From Candidatus Micrarchaeota archaeon (GTDB taxonomy: Archaea; B1Sed10-29; JAJSAI01): 64,000 nucleotides of DNA. The stretch covers positions 953-64,952 of the forward strand of contig CAZVAJ010000003.1 of NCBI GenBank assembly GCA_964625085.1. Reading direction: 5' to 3'. Below are positions 54,972 to 64,000 of the stretch, piece by piece; the stretch's first letter is position 1; each line of letters begins with the position of its first letter. The position numbers were made by a program, and so were the translations under genes. The notes below the pieces were generated by a model. The model was not told the origin of the DNA and did no database searches. It saw only the letters and a program-made list of their open reading frames with translations.

Positions 54972-55146
54972 TATGAAAGTAAATGCATTCATCAACAATT
55001 CTATTAGGATACTCAAACTTGCTAAAAAGCCCAGCAAGACAGAGTTTCAGCTCATAGCAAAGATAACTGGATTAGGCATTCTCCTACTTGGAGCAATAGG
55101 GTTCGTAATCCTTGCCATAAAACATGTGTTCCCACTCCTTGGGTGA
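54972..55146 (+). CDS. secE: Protein translocase subunit SecE/Sec61-gamma (58 aa, below ORF-track cutoff)
   Basis: MKVNAFINNSIRILKLAKKPSKTEFQLIAKITGLGILLLGAIGFVILAIKHVFPLLG; single C-terminal TM; immediately upstream of spt5. Confidence 0.75.
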
Positions 55147-55152
55147 TAAGTA

Positions 55153-55599
55153 ATGCTGTACGCTGTAAGAACAACAATAGGACAAGAGAAAACAGTCTCA
55201 GACTCGCTTAGAACTAAACAAAAAAAACAAGGCAATGAGATATACTCCATAATATACCTTGATTCATTTAGAGGGTACTTATTAGTGGAAGCAGAGTCTG
55301 AAGAAGAGGTAAAAAAGATATCTTACGGAGTACCCCACCTAAAGGGGATCGTTTCAGGAACTGTTGACCCAAAAGATGTGGAAAAGTTCCTTGAGCAAAA
55401 ACCACTCATAGAAGGCGTAAACAGAGGAGACATAGTGGAGATAACTAACGGAGCCTTCAAAGGAGAGAAAGCAAAGGTAATAAGGATAGACGAAAACAAA
55501 GAGAAGGTGACTGTAGAGATAATAGAAGCAGCGGTTCCAATACCTATAACCGTGAATGCTTCTGCAGTAAGAAAAGTTGCATTACAAGGTGATCAATAA
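55153..55599 (+). CDS. spt5: Transcription elongation factor Spt5 (NusG homolog)
   Basis: NGN domain + KOW GDIVEITNGAFKGEKAKVIRID. Confidence 0.9.
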   Translation: MLYAVRTTIGQEKTVSDSLRTKQKKQGNEIYSIIYLDSFRGYLLVEAESEEEVKKISYGVPHLKGIVSGTVDPKDVEKFLEQKPLIEGVNRGDIVEITNGAFKGEKAKVIRIDENKEKVTVEIIEAAVPIPITVNASAVRKVALQGDQ

Positions 55600-56192
55600 T
55601 GGCTGAGAAAAAGATCAGTGCACTAGTAGAGGGCGGCAAAGCAACCGCAGGCCCCCCGATTGGACCTGCTTTAGGCCCGCTGGGTATAAACGCAGGGCAG
55701 GTAGTAGCACAGATAAATGAAAAAACAAAAACGTTTGAAGGGATGACAATCCCTGTCACGATAATCGTTGACACTGACACAAAAGAATTCAAGATAGAAG
55801 TGGGAAGCCCGTCAACAGCAGCCCTGATAAAAAAACAGATTGGAGTAGAGAAGGGCTCTGGAAAAGCAAAAGAGATTAAGATAGCTGACCTGCTTATTGA
55901 TGAAGTGATATCCATAGCAAAAGCAAAGCATGAAGCAACCCATGGTAAAGAACTGAAAGATACAGTAAATGAAGTTCTTGGCACTTGCCTTTCAATGGGT
56001 GTTACAGTAGAAGGCAAAGACCCACGGGAAGTTCAAAAAGAAGTCAAAGAAGGGAAGTACGACGAGAAGATCAAAGAAGTAACTCCTCTGAAAGAACTTT
56101 CACAAGAAGAGAAACAGAAAAGAGCTCAGAAGGCAAAGCAGCTTACTGAAAAGAAAGAAGAATCACAAGCTAAAGGCAAGAAAAAGAAGTAA
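55599..56192 (+). CDS. rpl11: Ribosomal protein L11 with Lys/Glu-rich C-terminal extension
   Basis: GKATAGPPIGPALGPLGINAGQVV. Confidence 0.92.
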   Translation: MAEKKISALVEGGKATAGPPIGPALGPLGINAGQVVAQINEKTKTFEGMTIPVTIIVDTDTKEFKIEVGSPSTAALIKKQIGVEKGSGKAKEIKIADLLIDEVISIAKAKHEATHGKELKDTVNEVLGTCLSMGVTVEGKDPREVQKEVKEGKYDEKIKEVTPLKELSQEEKQKRAQKAKQLTEKKEESQAKGKKKK

Positions 56193-56280
56193 AACCCACA
56201 CCCTCTTCAGGGTTTTCATAAAAACAACACCAAAACATTTAAATACTAAACAAATTGAAATAATACCATCTCCCGTAATA

Positions 56281-56298
56281 CTATCCCTTGTGGGATAG
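56281..56298 (+). promoter_or_regulatory. Stem-loop CTATCCC-ttgt-GGGATAG followed by GGAGGGG SD upstream of rpl1
   Basis: Perfect 7-bp inverted repeat 16 nt upstream of GTG start. Confidence 0.35.
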
Positions 56299-56313
56299 GA
56301 GGGGCGTTCTATA

Positions 56314-56949
56314 GTGGACTGGACAAAAGCGATAAAAGAGGCTAAAGAAAAAGCCAAAAAGAGGAATTTCATACAATCTGTAGAGTTAATCCTCAACTTT
56401 GAGAGGGTTGATTTCTCAAAGACAGAGAACAGAATAGACCTTACAGTAACCCTGCCAAAAGGCAGGGGCAAAGAACTTAAGATAGCAGTTATCGCAGGCA
56501 ACGAGCTTATCCCTGAAGCCAAGGCTAATGCTGACAAGGTATTAACAGAAGAGGATGTCAAGAAACTTGGGAAAAATAAAAAAGAAGCCAAGAAACTTGC
56601 GTCTGAATATCATTCTTTCGTGTGCCAAGCAAACCTAATGCCAATAGTAGGTAAAGAGCTTGGACAGGTGCTAGGGCCAAGAGGCAAGATGCCTTCTCCT
56701 GTACCCCCTAATGCAAAACTCGCGCCTTTGATCAAGCGGCTCAAGAATAGTGTACGGATCAGGACAAAAGGAAAATTCTTACCCACCCTTCATGTTCCCA
56801 TTGGCACTGAAGAGATGAGTGAAGAAGATCTTGCAGAAAACGCGAAGGCAGTCTACAATGCAGTAATACAAAAGCTCCCTCAGAAGGAGGGCAACATAAA
56901 GTCGGTCTATGTAAAGACCAGCATGGGCCCAAGTGTAAAGGTGGTATAA
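56314..56949 (+). CDS. rpl1: Ribosomal protein L1
   Basis: L1 family similarity throughout; GTG start. Confidence 0.92.
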   Translation: MDWTKAIKEAKEKAKKRNFIQSVELILNFERVDFSKTENRIDLTVTLPKGRGKELKIAVIAGNELIPEAKANADKVLTEEDVKKLGKNKKEAKKLASEYHSFVCQANLMPIVGKELGQVLGPRGKMPSPVPPNAKLAPLIKRLKNSVRIRTKGKFLPTLHVPIGTEEMSEEDLAENAKAVYNAVIQKLPQKEGNIKSVYVKTSMGPSVKVV

Positions 56950-56950
56950 A

Positions 56951-57814
56951 ATGGCTGAAGAAGAAAAGAGGGCGCCTGCAGAGTGGAAAACCAGGACCGT
57001 TGCCGAGATAAAAGAGATAGTCAAAGGTAAAAAGGTCGTTGGGATTGTAAGCCTGCTTAACCTGCCTTCAGCCCAGTTCCAAGAGATAAAAAAGAAAGTG
57101 AGAGATGCCGCAAAAATAAAAGTAGCAAGATCACGGCTTATTAGAATGGCGCTTGACAGCGCAAGCAAGGAGTACCAGGTCCTTGATAAGTACATTGAAG
57201 GCCCTTGCGCTGTAATTGCTTCAGACCTTGATCCTTTCGAACTATACCGCATTATCAAAAAGAACAGAACAAAAGCATACGCAAAGCCAGGCATGATTGC
57301 AGAAGATGATATAATCGTTGAAGCAGGAGACACAGGAATACCTGCTGGACCTGCGCTTGGAGAACTAAAAGCAGCAGGCTTGAACGTAAAGCTTGATAAA
57401 GGAAAGATAGTAGTAGCAAGTGACACTGTTTTCGTCAAAAAAGGAGAGATAATCACGCCTGAAAAGGCAAGTGTCCTGGCAAAACTGGACATAAAACCAA
57501 TGGAAATAGGCCTAAAGATAAAGGCATTGTACTCTGATGGAATAGTATATGAACCAGAGGTACTTGATGTTGATACTGAAGAATTGTTCAACAGTTTTGT
57601 TCAGGCACATGCTCAAGCAGTCAACCTGTCAGTTAATGCTGGAATAATAAACAAGTATTCAGCAGAAGCACTGTTGGTCAAAGCAGTTTCAGAAGCAAGA
57701 GCGTTAGCGCTTGAAGCAAACATATACTCCAAAGAAACAATAGAGGAGATATTGTCAAAAGCTAGCAGAATCGCATTAAACCTTAAATCAAATGTCAAAA
57801 CAGAGGATGCTTAA
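56951..57814 (+). CDS. rpl10: Ribosomal protein L10 (acidic P0)
   Basis: P0 N-terminal domain; conserved position. Confidence 0.9.
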   Translation: MAEEEKRAPAEWKTRTVAEIKEIVKGKKVVGIVSLLNLPSAQFQEIKKKVRDAAKIKVARSRLIRMALDSASKEYQVLDKYIEGPCAVIASDLDPFELYRIIKKNRTKAYAKPGMIAEDDIIVEAGDTGIPAGPALGELKAAGLNVKLDKGKIVVASDTVFVKKGEIITPEKASVLAKLDIKPMEIGLKIKALYSDGIVYEPEVLDVDTEELFNSFVQAHAQAVNLSVNAGIINKYSAEALLVKAVSEARALALEANIYSKETIEEILSKASRIALNLKSNVKTEDA

Positions 57815-57830
57815 AAGGAGGTAGGACAAG

Positions 57831-58136
57831 ATGGAATATGTATACGCAGCACTACTGTTGCACTCTGCCGGAAAAGAGATAACAGAAGACAATGTTAAAA
57901 ATGTGATGAAAGGGGCTGGAATAGAACCAGATGAAGCAAAAGTAAAAGCGCTTGTTTCAAGTCTGAAGGATGTTAACATAGAAGAAGCAGTGAAACAGGC
58001 TGCTGTTGCACCAGCAGCTGCAGCACCAGCAGCAGCACCCGCAGGAGAAGAGAAGAAAGAAGAGAAGAAACCGGCAGAAGAGGAAAAGAAGAGTGAAGAA
58101 GAAGCTGCCGGCGGACTCGCGTCTCTCTTCGGCTGA
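57831..58136 (+). CDS. rpl12: Ribosomal stalk protein L12/P1
   Basis: [19 protein letters not shown]..., Ala/Pro hinge, C-terminal [13 protein letters not shown]. Confidence 0.9.
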   Translation: MEYVYAALLLHSAGKEITEDNVKNVMKGAGIEPDEAKVKALVSSLKDVNIEEAVKQAAVAPAAAAPAAAPAGEEKKEEKKPAEEEKKSEEEAAGGLASLFG

Positions 58137-58140
58137 AAAA

Positions 58141-58168
58141 CCTTTTTATACCCCTCCCCCCTTTTTAT
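58141..58168 (+). terminator. Oligo-T archaeal terminator after rpl12
   Basis: cctttttata and cccctccccccttttta runs immediately after stop. Confidence 0.4.
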
Positions 58169-58174
58169 GGGCAG

Positions 58175-58489
58175 GTGGGAAGAATGCCAGCAAAGAAAAG
58201 GACAGTGAAAACTGCAAAAACAGACAACAAGCTGTTTAACTATCTGCTAGTGCAGTACTTAAAGGAAATGTCAAACGAGCTAACTTATCTGTTACTTGTT
58301 GTTGCAGCATTGTTCTTGTTCATGATTATTGATGTAATACCTGATATCACAGGCGAACCGATGATAGCCTCGTACGCTGCAATAAGAGCCGTGTTCATAA
58401 TTCTTGTGGTCGGCGGATTCTTCATGTTCGGAATATCCAACGCGACCAAGAGAAGGATAGAAAGACAGATGCTCCGCATCCTATCCTAA
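58175..58489 (+). CDS. Small membrane protein (2 TM)
   Basis: Hydrophobic helices; no family recognised. Confidence 0.35.
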   Translation: MGRMPAKKRTVKTAKTDNKLFNYLLVQYLKEMSNELTYLLLVVAALFLFMIIDVIPDITGEPMIASYAAIRAVFIILVVGGFFMFGISNATKRRIERQMLRILS

Positions 58490-58513
58490 GATCTTCCTAC
58501 GCAATCCCCTTTT

Positions 58514-59596
58514 TTATTTTATCATAGAATATGCGGACGTTTGTTTCAAGCCATGGCCTGTGATTACAAGCGCTATTTTCTCATCACTTCTGCCGATGTC
58601 TTTTTCAAGAGCTGCAAGAGCTGCGGCGCTCGCAGGCTCTGCAAAGATCCCTTCTCCTGCAAGCTGTTTCATTGCCTTTAATATCTCATTGTCTGACACC
58701 GAAGAAAAAAAACCTCCTGATTCTTTGACAGCATCCAGTGCAGTAAGACCGTTAAAAGGCTGCTTCACGGCTATAGAACTCGCTATTGTGTGCCCCCTTT
58801 TAGGCCTCTCAAAATGCCTGACTTGGTGTTCCCATGCGCGGGTTATCGGATCAAATCCTTCTGCCTGAACACCTATCATCTCAGGAAGAACTTTTGATGC
58901 TCCAGCCTGCTTCAGTTCTTTGAATCCTTTCCATATGGCTGTGATCAACCCCCCTGTTCCCACAGGCACAATAACCTTGTCTGGAACACCTATGTCCTCA
59001 AAAAGCTCAAAAGCAATTGTTTTTTCCCCTTCAATATAATATGGATTAACGCCAGTCATGGCAATGTACGTGCGATTCCGTCTTTTCCATACCTCTGAAA
59101 AGCACTCAAAAAACGTTCCCGGAACCTTTTTGACATTTGCTCCATAAGCGACTATCTGGGTCACTTTAGAAGGGGGAGTGTCGCTCGGAATAAAAACTTC
59201 TACACCCAGGTTCGCATACGCAGTATATGCTGACACGCTCGCGCCCATGTTCCCTGTACTTGCCACCCCTACTTTTGAATGGCCTGTGCTGAGCGCGTGA
59301 GAAAGCACTACCGCGGTCCCCCTATCCTTGAACGAACCTGTCGGATTGTCTCCTTCAAACTTGTAGTACAGGTTAGGGTATTTTCTTGTAAAGTCCCTGT
59401 TCTTCACAAGAGGTGTATCCCCTTCCTCCAGGGACAATTTCTGTTTTACGCTTGGAAGCATTTTAGAATAACGCCACACACCCCCCTCTTTTGAAGGTGT
59501 CCACTCTGTTTTTCCTTCCCATAACAGAACCGAACCACAGGAACATAAGTACTTGAACCTGCGGTATTTTTTCCCACACTCAGGACAAACAAGCAT
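58514..59596 (-). CDS. thrC: Threonine synthase-family PLP enzyme with N-terminal zinc ribbon
   Basis: PLP-Lys motif TGSFKDRG; N-terminal CPECG...CSCG. Confidence 0.8.
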   Translation of the reverse strand: MLVCPECGKKYRRFKYLCSCGSVLLWEGKTEWTPSKEGGVWRYSKMLPSVKQKLSLEEGDTPLVKNRDFTRKYPNLYYKFEGDNPTGSFKDRGTAVVLSHALSTGHSKVGVASTGNMGASVSAYTAYANLGVEVFIPSDTPPSKVTQIVAYGANVKKVPGTFFECFSEVWKRRNRTYIAMTGVNPYYIEGEKTIAFELFEDIGVPDKVIVPVGTGGLITAIWKGFKELKQAGASKVLPEMIGVQAEGFDPITRAWEHQVRHFERPKRGHTIASSIAVKQPFNGLTALDAVKESGGFFSSVSDNEILKAMKQLAGEGIFAEPASAAALAALEKDIGRSDEKIALVITGHGLKQTSAYSMIK

Positions 59597-61141
59597 TCAA
59601 GGGCACCTTATCACGTAATACTTGAACGGGAAGTTCATGGAACTGGGAAGAACCTGCTGTCCTGCCCCGACACCTCCGCTGTAGACTGATGTGGAATTTT
59701 CTTCTCCACACGTGGCCCATATCTTTGTGTAGTAGTATGCTGAGGGGCTTAGAGATAGTTCTGCTTCTCCAGAAGCATTAGTGTACTTTACTGTTTTGGA
59801 CCCTGACAGGGTCTGGGCTGTTACTTTCACGTTTTCCAAGGGATCTCCCTCTAAACCTGTTGCATGAACAGTGTAAGTCACTTTATCTGACGGTACACAG
59901 TCAAATATAATAGGATTGGGGGACGGCTTCGAGACTGTTGAGGTGAGGGACGTGTTCCACATCTGGCAGTAGTACTTGTTCTCCCCATAAGTGCCATAAC
60001 CGTACACTAGTGCGCTGCCTATGGTCATGTTAGTTGTATAATAACTGGAATACCAGGGGGGATCGTACTTGTACGTTTTCTTTCCGTCTTCTGAATGGTC
60101 AAAATAGATAACCCAATCTTCAAGCTTGTTGTTAGTTCCTTTTACCTTGAACTGGATCTTCAGGGGTTGTTTGTACAAGCTGCAGTTCAGTTGGATTTTC
60201 TCTCCTCCGTACAGGTAAGTGTCGTACAACGTGACATTGTATCTTCTGCCGCAGTATAATCCAAGCTCGTACTTCAAGTGGGGCCAGGTGTAGTCGCTTG
60301 GGATTATCTTGAGTTTTGCGGTCTTACTTTCAGTGCTGTTCACGTATTCATACACGCTTTTGTTTACTGAAGCAGTGGCCTTGTAGGTGAAGTTTCCTTC
60401 AACCCTTTTTTCAGGTCTTGCGGTGAGAATTATTTCAACAAGAGCCCATTCTGGAATCAGGCTCTTGTTGCCAATGATGTTAATAGGAATAAACGGAATG
60501 CACTTTACTTCGACGCTCTTACCAAAAGGATCAAATGAGATGTCTTGTGTTGTGCCAACATCTTTTCGGTTTTCTCCGCAGTCAAGCGAGATCTTGTAAG
60601 GTGCGTTTTCTTCAGGAAGGTTTGGCACAGTAACAACACCTGTTTTTGAAGAGTAGACTACTTCCCCGTTCTTGTCTTTCACGCTAAATGTTCCGTTTTC
60701 AAATGTTTTTCCTGTCTGGTCCACAACTCTTACGGTCAGGCTCATCTTGGCAGAAATATTCACAGGCTCGCAGATTATCTGCACCTGCTGAACACTGGTA
60801 TCACTTATCATTATCTCTTTTGTCCCACTGCCTGAATATCCTTCTGGACAAGAGTATTCTATGCTGTATGGTTTTTCTGAAGCAGGCACATCACGAACAT
60901 ACCGTGTTTCAAAAACGTTATCATCAAAAATGGCCTTTCCTTCGCCTAGAATAGTAACATGCGCGCCAGAAACAGGTGTTCCGTCAGGAGTGCTGACAAT
61001 AAACTGTAAAGTTCCTTTGATTACAGGCGCTGAGACGTTCCCGGCGCCGGTGGTCTTGTTTGATTCGACCGGGGCCTGGCCTATGCAACCTAACAACAGT
61101 GCCACAACGGCAACAGAAAGCACGAGTAATCCTTTTTTCAC
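59597..61141 (-). CDS. Secreted/lipobox-like surface protein rich in N-glycosylation sequons
   Basis: Proposed GTG start 61141 (MKKGLLVLSVAVVALLLGC) avoids overlap with the next gene; many N-x-S/T. Confidence 0.5.
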   Translation of the reverse strand: MKKGLLVLSVAVVALLLGCIGQAPVESNKTTGAGNVSAPVIKGTLQFIVSTPDGTPVSGAHVTILGEGKAIFDDNVFETRYVRDVPASEKPYSIEYSCPEGYSGSGTKEIMISDTSVQQVQIICEPVNISAKMSLTVRVVDQTGKTFENGTFSVKDKNGEVVYSSKTGVVTVPNLPEENAPYKISLDCGENRKDVGTTQDISFDPFGKSVEVKCIPFIPINIIGNKSLIPEWALVEIILTARPEKRVEGNFTYKATASVNKSVYEYVNSTESKTAKLKIIPSDYTWPHLKYELGLYCGRRYNVTLYDTYLYGGEKIQLNCSLYKQPLKIQFKVKGTNNKLEDWVIYFDHSEDGKKTYKYDPPWYSSYYTTNMTIGSALVYGYGTYGENKYYCQMWNTSLTSTVSKPSPNPIIFDCVPSDKVTYTVHATGLEGDPLENVKVTAQTLSGSKTVKYTNASGEAELSLSPSAYYYTKIWATCGEENSTSVYSGGVGAGQQVLPSSMNFPFKYYVIRCP

Positions 61142-61184
61142 AGTAAACCACCTGAAAGAAAGAAGGTAAGAGAATATAAAAAGC

Positions 61185-61811
61185 TTACAGGTCAACCTTT
61201 TTGGCGTTATGCAGTGTTTTTTCAACTAGTTCATGCAGGTTCACTTTTGCTTCCTCTGCAACAATTCTTTCAAGCCGTGATTTAGTTGCTGGTTTTTTCG
61301 GAACTATCATACAGCATGCTGCTGGCCTTACTGAAATATCATATGTTCCTATGTCTTTTGCTATCTTGATAATGTCCTCTTTATCAAGCCCTATCAAAGG
61401 CCGTATTATGGGCTTGCTTGACGCAGAAGATTCTGTGTAAATGTTTTGAATTGTCTGTGACGCGACCTGCGCAAGATTTTCTCCGGTTATTATGAAATCA
61501 CAACCAACCCTCTCTGCCAGTGCAGAAGCAGCCCTGAACATCATCCTTCTGCACAGGACGCACTGAAACTTTCTGTCACAGTTTTTTGCAAACTCAGCAA
61601 GGTTTTGGCCGTGGGGAAGAACATACGCAGTCTTGAACCCAAGTGCCTTCATTGAGTCAAGAGCCCTTTGTTTTGTGTCTTCTCCTGCAAACGGAAAGTT
61701 ATCAAAGTATGCTGGAATCTGCTCGTACTCCCTGAGCACGTATGATGCAACCGGAGAATCTATACCTCCCGAAATCAGCGTGAGCGCTTTTAGTTTCATG
61801 ATATCATCCAA
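61185..61811 (-). CDS. thiI: ThiI-like PP-loop ATP pyrophosphatase domain protein (catalytic half of tRNA 4-thiouridine synthase) without THUMP
   Basis: PP-loop LISGGIDSPV; ITGENLAQVASQTIQN...IRPLIGLDKEDIIKIAKDIGT matches ThiI C-terminal core; Cys pairs CVLC and PAACC. Confidence 0.75.
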   Translation of the reverse strand: MDDIMKLKALTLISGGIDSPVASYVLREYEQIPAYFDNFPFAGEDTKQRALDSMKALGFKTAYVLPHGQNLAEFAKNCDRKFQCVLCRRMMFRAASALAERVGCDFIITGENLAQVASQTIQNIYTESSASSKPIIRPLIGLDKEDIIKIAKDIGTYDISVRPAACCMIVPKKPATKSRLERIVAEEAKVNLHELVEKTLHNAKKVDL

Positions 61812-62206
61812 AATAACGTGCTTTTTTCGATCATGTCCAAAAGCCTGTCCTCAGGCAAGTCAGTGTACTCTCTTTCTTTACTAACAAAGCAGGCCTTGAA
61901 GTCTCTCCAACTATCTTTTCCAGTCCAAGAGACAAAGATCGCCTCTTTATTTTTAACGCACGCTTTTGACACTGCTTTGCTAACCTGCCGTTCTCCCACA
62001 AGGCGCAGTAAGAACTCCAGTTCTTTTGTTCTGGCTATGTTCCTGCCTTGTTCGAAAGCTTTTAAAACCTCTATCACAGAATGTTTTATGTGGGTTGGGC
62101 CTCCTGTAACCCCTGGATCAACAACCTGACAGCCGGGATGAGACTCAAGCCACTCCTGTATTCCCGCATTCGTTTTCAGGGAAACCTTTTTAATCAGGAT
62201 GTCCAT
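61796..62206 (-). CDS. Hypothetical protein (136 aa)
   Basis: Complete ORF. Confidence 0.35.
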   Translation of the reverse strand: MDILIKKVSLKTNAGIQEWLESHPGCQVVDPGVTGGPTHIKHSVIEVLKAFEQGRNIARTKELEFLLRLVGERQVSKAVSKACVKNKEAIFVSWTGKDSWRDFKACFVSKEREYTDLPEDRLLDMIEKSTLFWMIS

Positions 62207-62211
62207 AAGAT

Positions 62212-62643
62212 TTGTTTACATTAATAGGTTATATTAACGTTGAAGGTGTTGGAATGGCAGTATCACACGCAAAAGACCGGAGAAGAATGTCCGGAGGAAG
62301 AGTAGGAAAAAAAAGAGACAAAAGAAAATCAGAGCTCGGCAGAGACCCTGCTTTGACGAAAGTGTCAGCATACCAAAAAATAAAAAAGATCAGGGCACAT
62401 GGAGGGAATACAAAAAACAGGGTGCTGCACGCATTGTATGCTAATGTGCTTGATCCTAAAACAAAAAAAGCCCAGAAAGCCAAGATCCTCACGGAAAAAA
62501 GCAATCCTGCCAACAGGAACTTTGCAAGAGGAAACATTCTCACGAAAGGAGCAATAATAGAAACAGAAGCAGGAGATGCAAAGATCACCAGCAGGCCCGG
62601 GCAGGATGGAACAATAAACGCGATCTTACTGGAGAAGAAATGA
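62212..62643 (+). CDS. rps8e: Ribosomal protein S8e
   Basis: GRVGKKRDKRKSELGRDPALTK signature of S8e. Confidence 0.85.
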   Translation: MFTLIGYINVEGVGMAVSHAKDRRRMSGGRVGKKRDKRKSELGRDPALTKVSAYQKIKKIRAHGGNTKNRVLHALYANVLDPKTKKAQKAKILTEKSNPANRNFARGNILTKGAIIETEAGDAKITSRPGQDGTINAILLEKK

Positions 62644-62655
62644 AAAGAAAGCATT

Positions 62656-63984
62656 TTATCCTTCTTGTTCTATTATTTCCTTTATTTTCTTCAGGTTCTC
62701 TTTTGTACGCATCTCTTCAGGCAAGAGCCTGTAAATGTCTTCTGAGGAACGCACGCCTACGGAAATCCAGTACTTTACACTGTCCTCAAGTGATGCTTTC
62801 TTCAGCGCCTCGGGCTTAGTTGCACGCTTTGTGGCATACCACACCATGCGGTAGATCTTGTCAAAAGAGCCCTTTTTTCTTACTTCTGCAGGAAGACTCA
62901 AGTATATCTTAAGGGGGTTCGTTTCTCCGGTAGAACGGATTATGTCCTCTACTATGCTGTCCATTCCTCTTTCCTGAACAGCCACGTCAGACGACGGTTT
63001 TATTTTTCCCAAATTCCGTTTGATCCCTGAGATCTGACTTCTTGAAGGTGCTACTCCCAACTCCTGCTGGATGTATTTTTGAATGTTGGATGGCTTTAAG
63101 TGCCCATGATTCATGGCTTCATAAATCCAGTATTCCCAAGTGTGAGGGTATAAAACTCTTCCATCAGCAAGCCGTATTTCAGAAAGGCCGCGTGTTTTAT
63201 CCTTTGGTATCTCGTGCACTGAAACTGCAGCTTCCCTCTTGTACTCCTTAACTGTAACCTTCGGAATAGGAATACCCTCCTCTTTCAAGTCTCGTATAAG
63301 AGCCCAGGCTTCACGGGGGTTTTTTATCCCAACTCCTGACATGAACTCCTCCAAAGAAATTTTACCCCCCTTTTCTATTTCCCTAATAACGCTAAGGGCC
63401 TTCTCTTCTTCTTCAGTAACAGAGTACATCTTATTGTGGTACTCTACTACACGCCGTTCTTCAGTTACTCTAAGAGGCTTTTTCGGCACTATCTCGTTCA
63501 TTTTCACTTTAACAGAGTTCCACATATGGTATATTGCACCCTGGGAAAGAGAGTAGGGGTAACCTGCTTTTTCCAGTTCAGAACGAAGGGATTCAATCGT
63601 CACCTTCTCGTTTCTGCCGCGTATCCTATTAACTGCGTCATACACGAACTGCTCAGCTTTAGTGAAACCTCTTGTCTTGTGGGTTTTGCGTTTCCGGATC
63701 GCTGCGACACGGCGGGCGGATTCTATGTCAACAGATTCTGACAACTCTTCACTGTAAACACCTTTTTTGGCAAGGTCTGCAAGCCTTGTTTTCACGTACT
63801 CAGGAGTGATAATCTTGCCTTTTTTAGCAAGTTCTAGCCGCACTCTCTCCACTGTCAATCTTTCTCCTCTAGAAAGAATGTTTGTCACTGCTTGATAAGT
63901 TTCATACTCCCTTTCTGTAAGAGAAACTTTTTCTCCGCCTTTAGTTGTGATAGTTGTCCTAAACACCTGCATGTCCCGAGGCAA
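62656..63984 (-). CDS. Hypothetical protein with multiple winged-helix-like segments (442 aa)
   Basis: Complete ORF; start near window end. Confidence 0.4.
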   Translation of the reverse strand: MPRDMQVFRTTITTKGGEKVSLTEREYETYQAVTNILSRGERLTVERVRLELAKKGKIITPEYVKTRLADLAKKGVYSEELSESVDIESARRVAAIRKRKTHKTRGFTKAEQFVYDAVNRIRGRNEKVTIESLRSELEKAGYPYSLSQGAIYHMWNSVKVKMNEIVPKKPLRVTEERRVVEYHNKMYSVTEEEEKALSVIREIEKGGKISLEEFMSGVGIKNPREAWALIRDLKEEGIPIPKVTVKEYKREAAVSVHEIPKDKTRGLSEIRLADGRVLYPHTWEYWIYEAMNHGHLKPSNIQKYIQQELGVAPSRSQISGIKRNLGKIKPSSDVAVQERGMDSIVEDIIRSTGETNPLKIYLSLPAEVRKKGSFDKIYRMVWYATKRATKPEALKKASLEDSVKYWISVGVRSSEDIYRLLPEEMRTKENLKKIKEIIEQEG

Positions 63985-64000
63985 AAGGCCTTTTCTTCTG

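Noticed and set aside
1-64000. CRISPR arrays / mobile elements
   Set aside because: No regularly spaced direct repeats, transposases or integrases were found. The only periodic DNA is the coding repeat of the MC1 tail (46020-46200).

Overview
This window looks like an AT-rich, gene-dense archaeal chromosome segment, and the gene content suggests a small-genome DPANN-like archaeon. Most genes have Shine-Dalgarno-like GGAGG/GGTG sites upstream. Many neighbours overlap by 1-8 nt (ATGA-type), which suggests operons. There are no CRISPR arrays, transposases or integrases, and no rRNA.

From start to end the window holds:
- A partial secreted subtilisin (S8) gene with a long C-terminal extension rich in N-glycosylation sequons.
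- SMC, followed by a cob(I)alamin adenosyltransferase translationally coupled to a class II B12-dependent ribonucleotide reductase.
- A compact cysteine-tRNA island: tRNA-Cys(GCA), class I CysRS, a truncated superoxide-reductase-like ORF, a second tRNA-Cys(GCA) with a 30-nt intron, SepCysS, tRNA-Ala(CGC), a class III aminotransferase, a GNAT-fold gene coupled to SepRS, and a ThiF/E1-like gene.
- Hef split into separate helicase and nuclease ORFs, then CorA, Rio1, HAD hydrolase, a KH (aDim2-like) protein, Topo VI B and A, and tRNA-Asn.
- NAD kinase fused to a wHTH, an atypical radical SAM protein, KsgA, DUF655, Rpo4/F and L21e.
- A stand-alone single-repeat TBP-like gene preceded by tandem TATA boxes.
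- A ThiI-like THUMP fragment that looks like a pseudogene (5' frameshift, degenerate PP-loop), plus a separate ThiI PP-loop ORF 24 kb away.
- PAN, AlaRS, secreted/surface proteins, a DRG-like GTPase, and an MC1 chromatin protein with a Lys-rich repeat tail.
- Hsp20, a KaiC-like ATPase and a FIST protein as a divergent pair, and two atypical kinase-like genes flanking an intron-containing tRNA-Thr(CGU) and a Nudix gene.
- Adenylate kinase, FtsZ, secE-spt5-rpl11-rpl1-rpl10-rpl12, threonine synthase and S8e.

The most interesting items:
- Both Cys-tRNA routes (CysRS and SepRS/SepCysS) co-localise with two tRNA-Cys genes and candidate accessory genes.
- The TBP-like ORF has only one repeat.
- ThiI and Hef are split.
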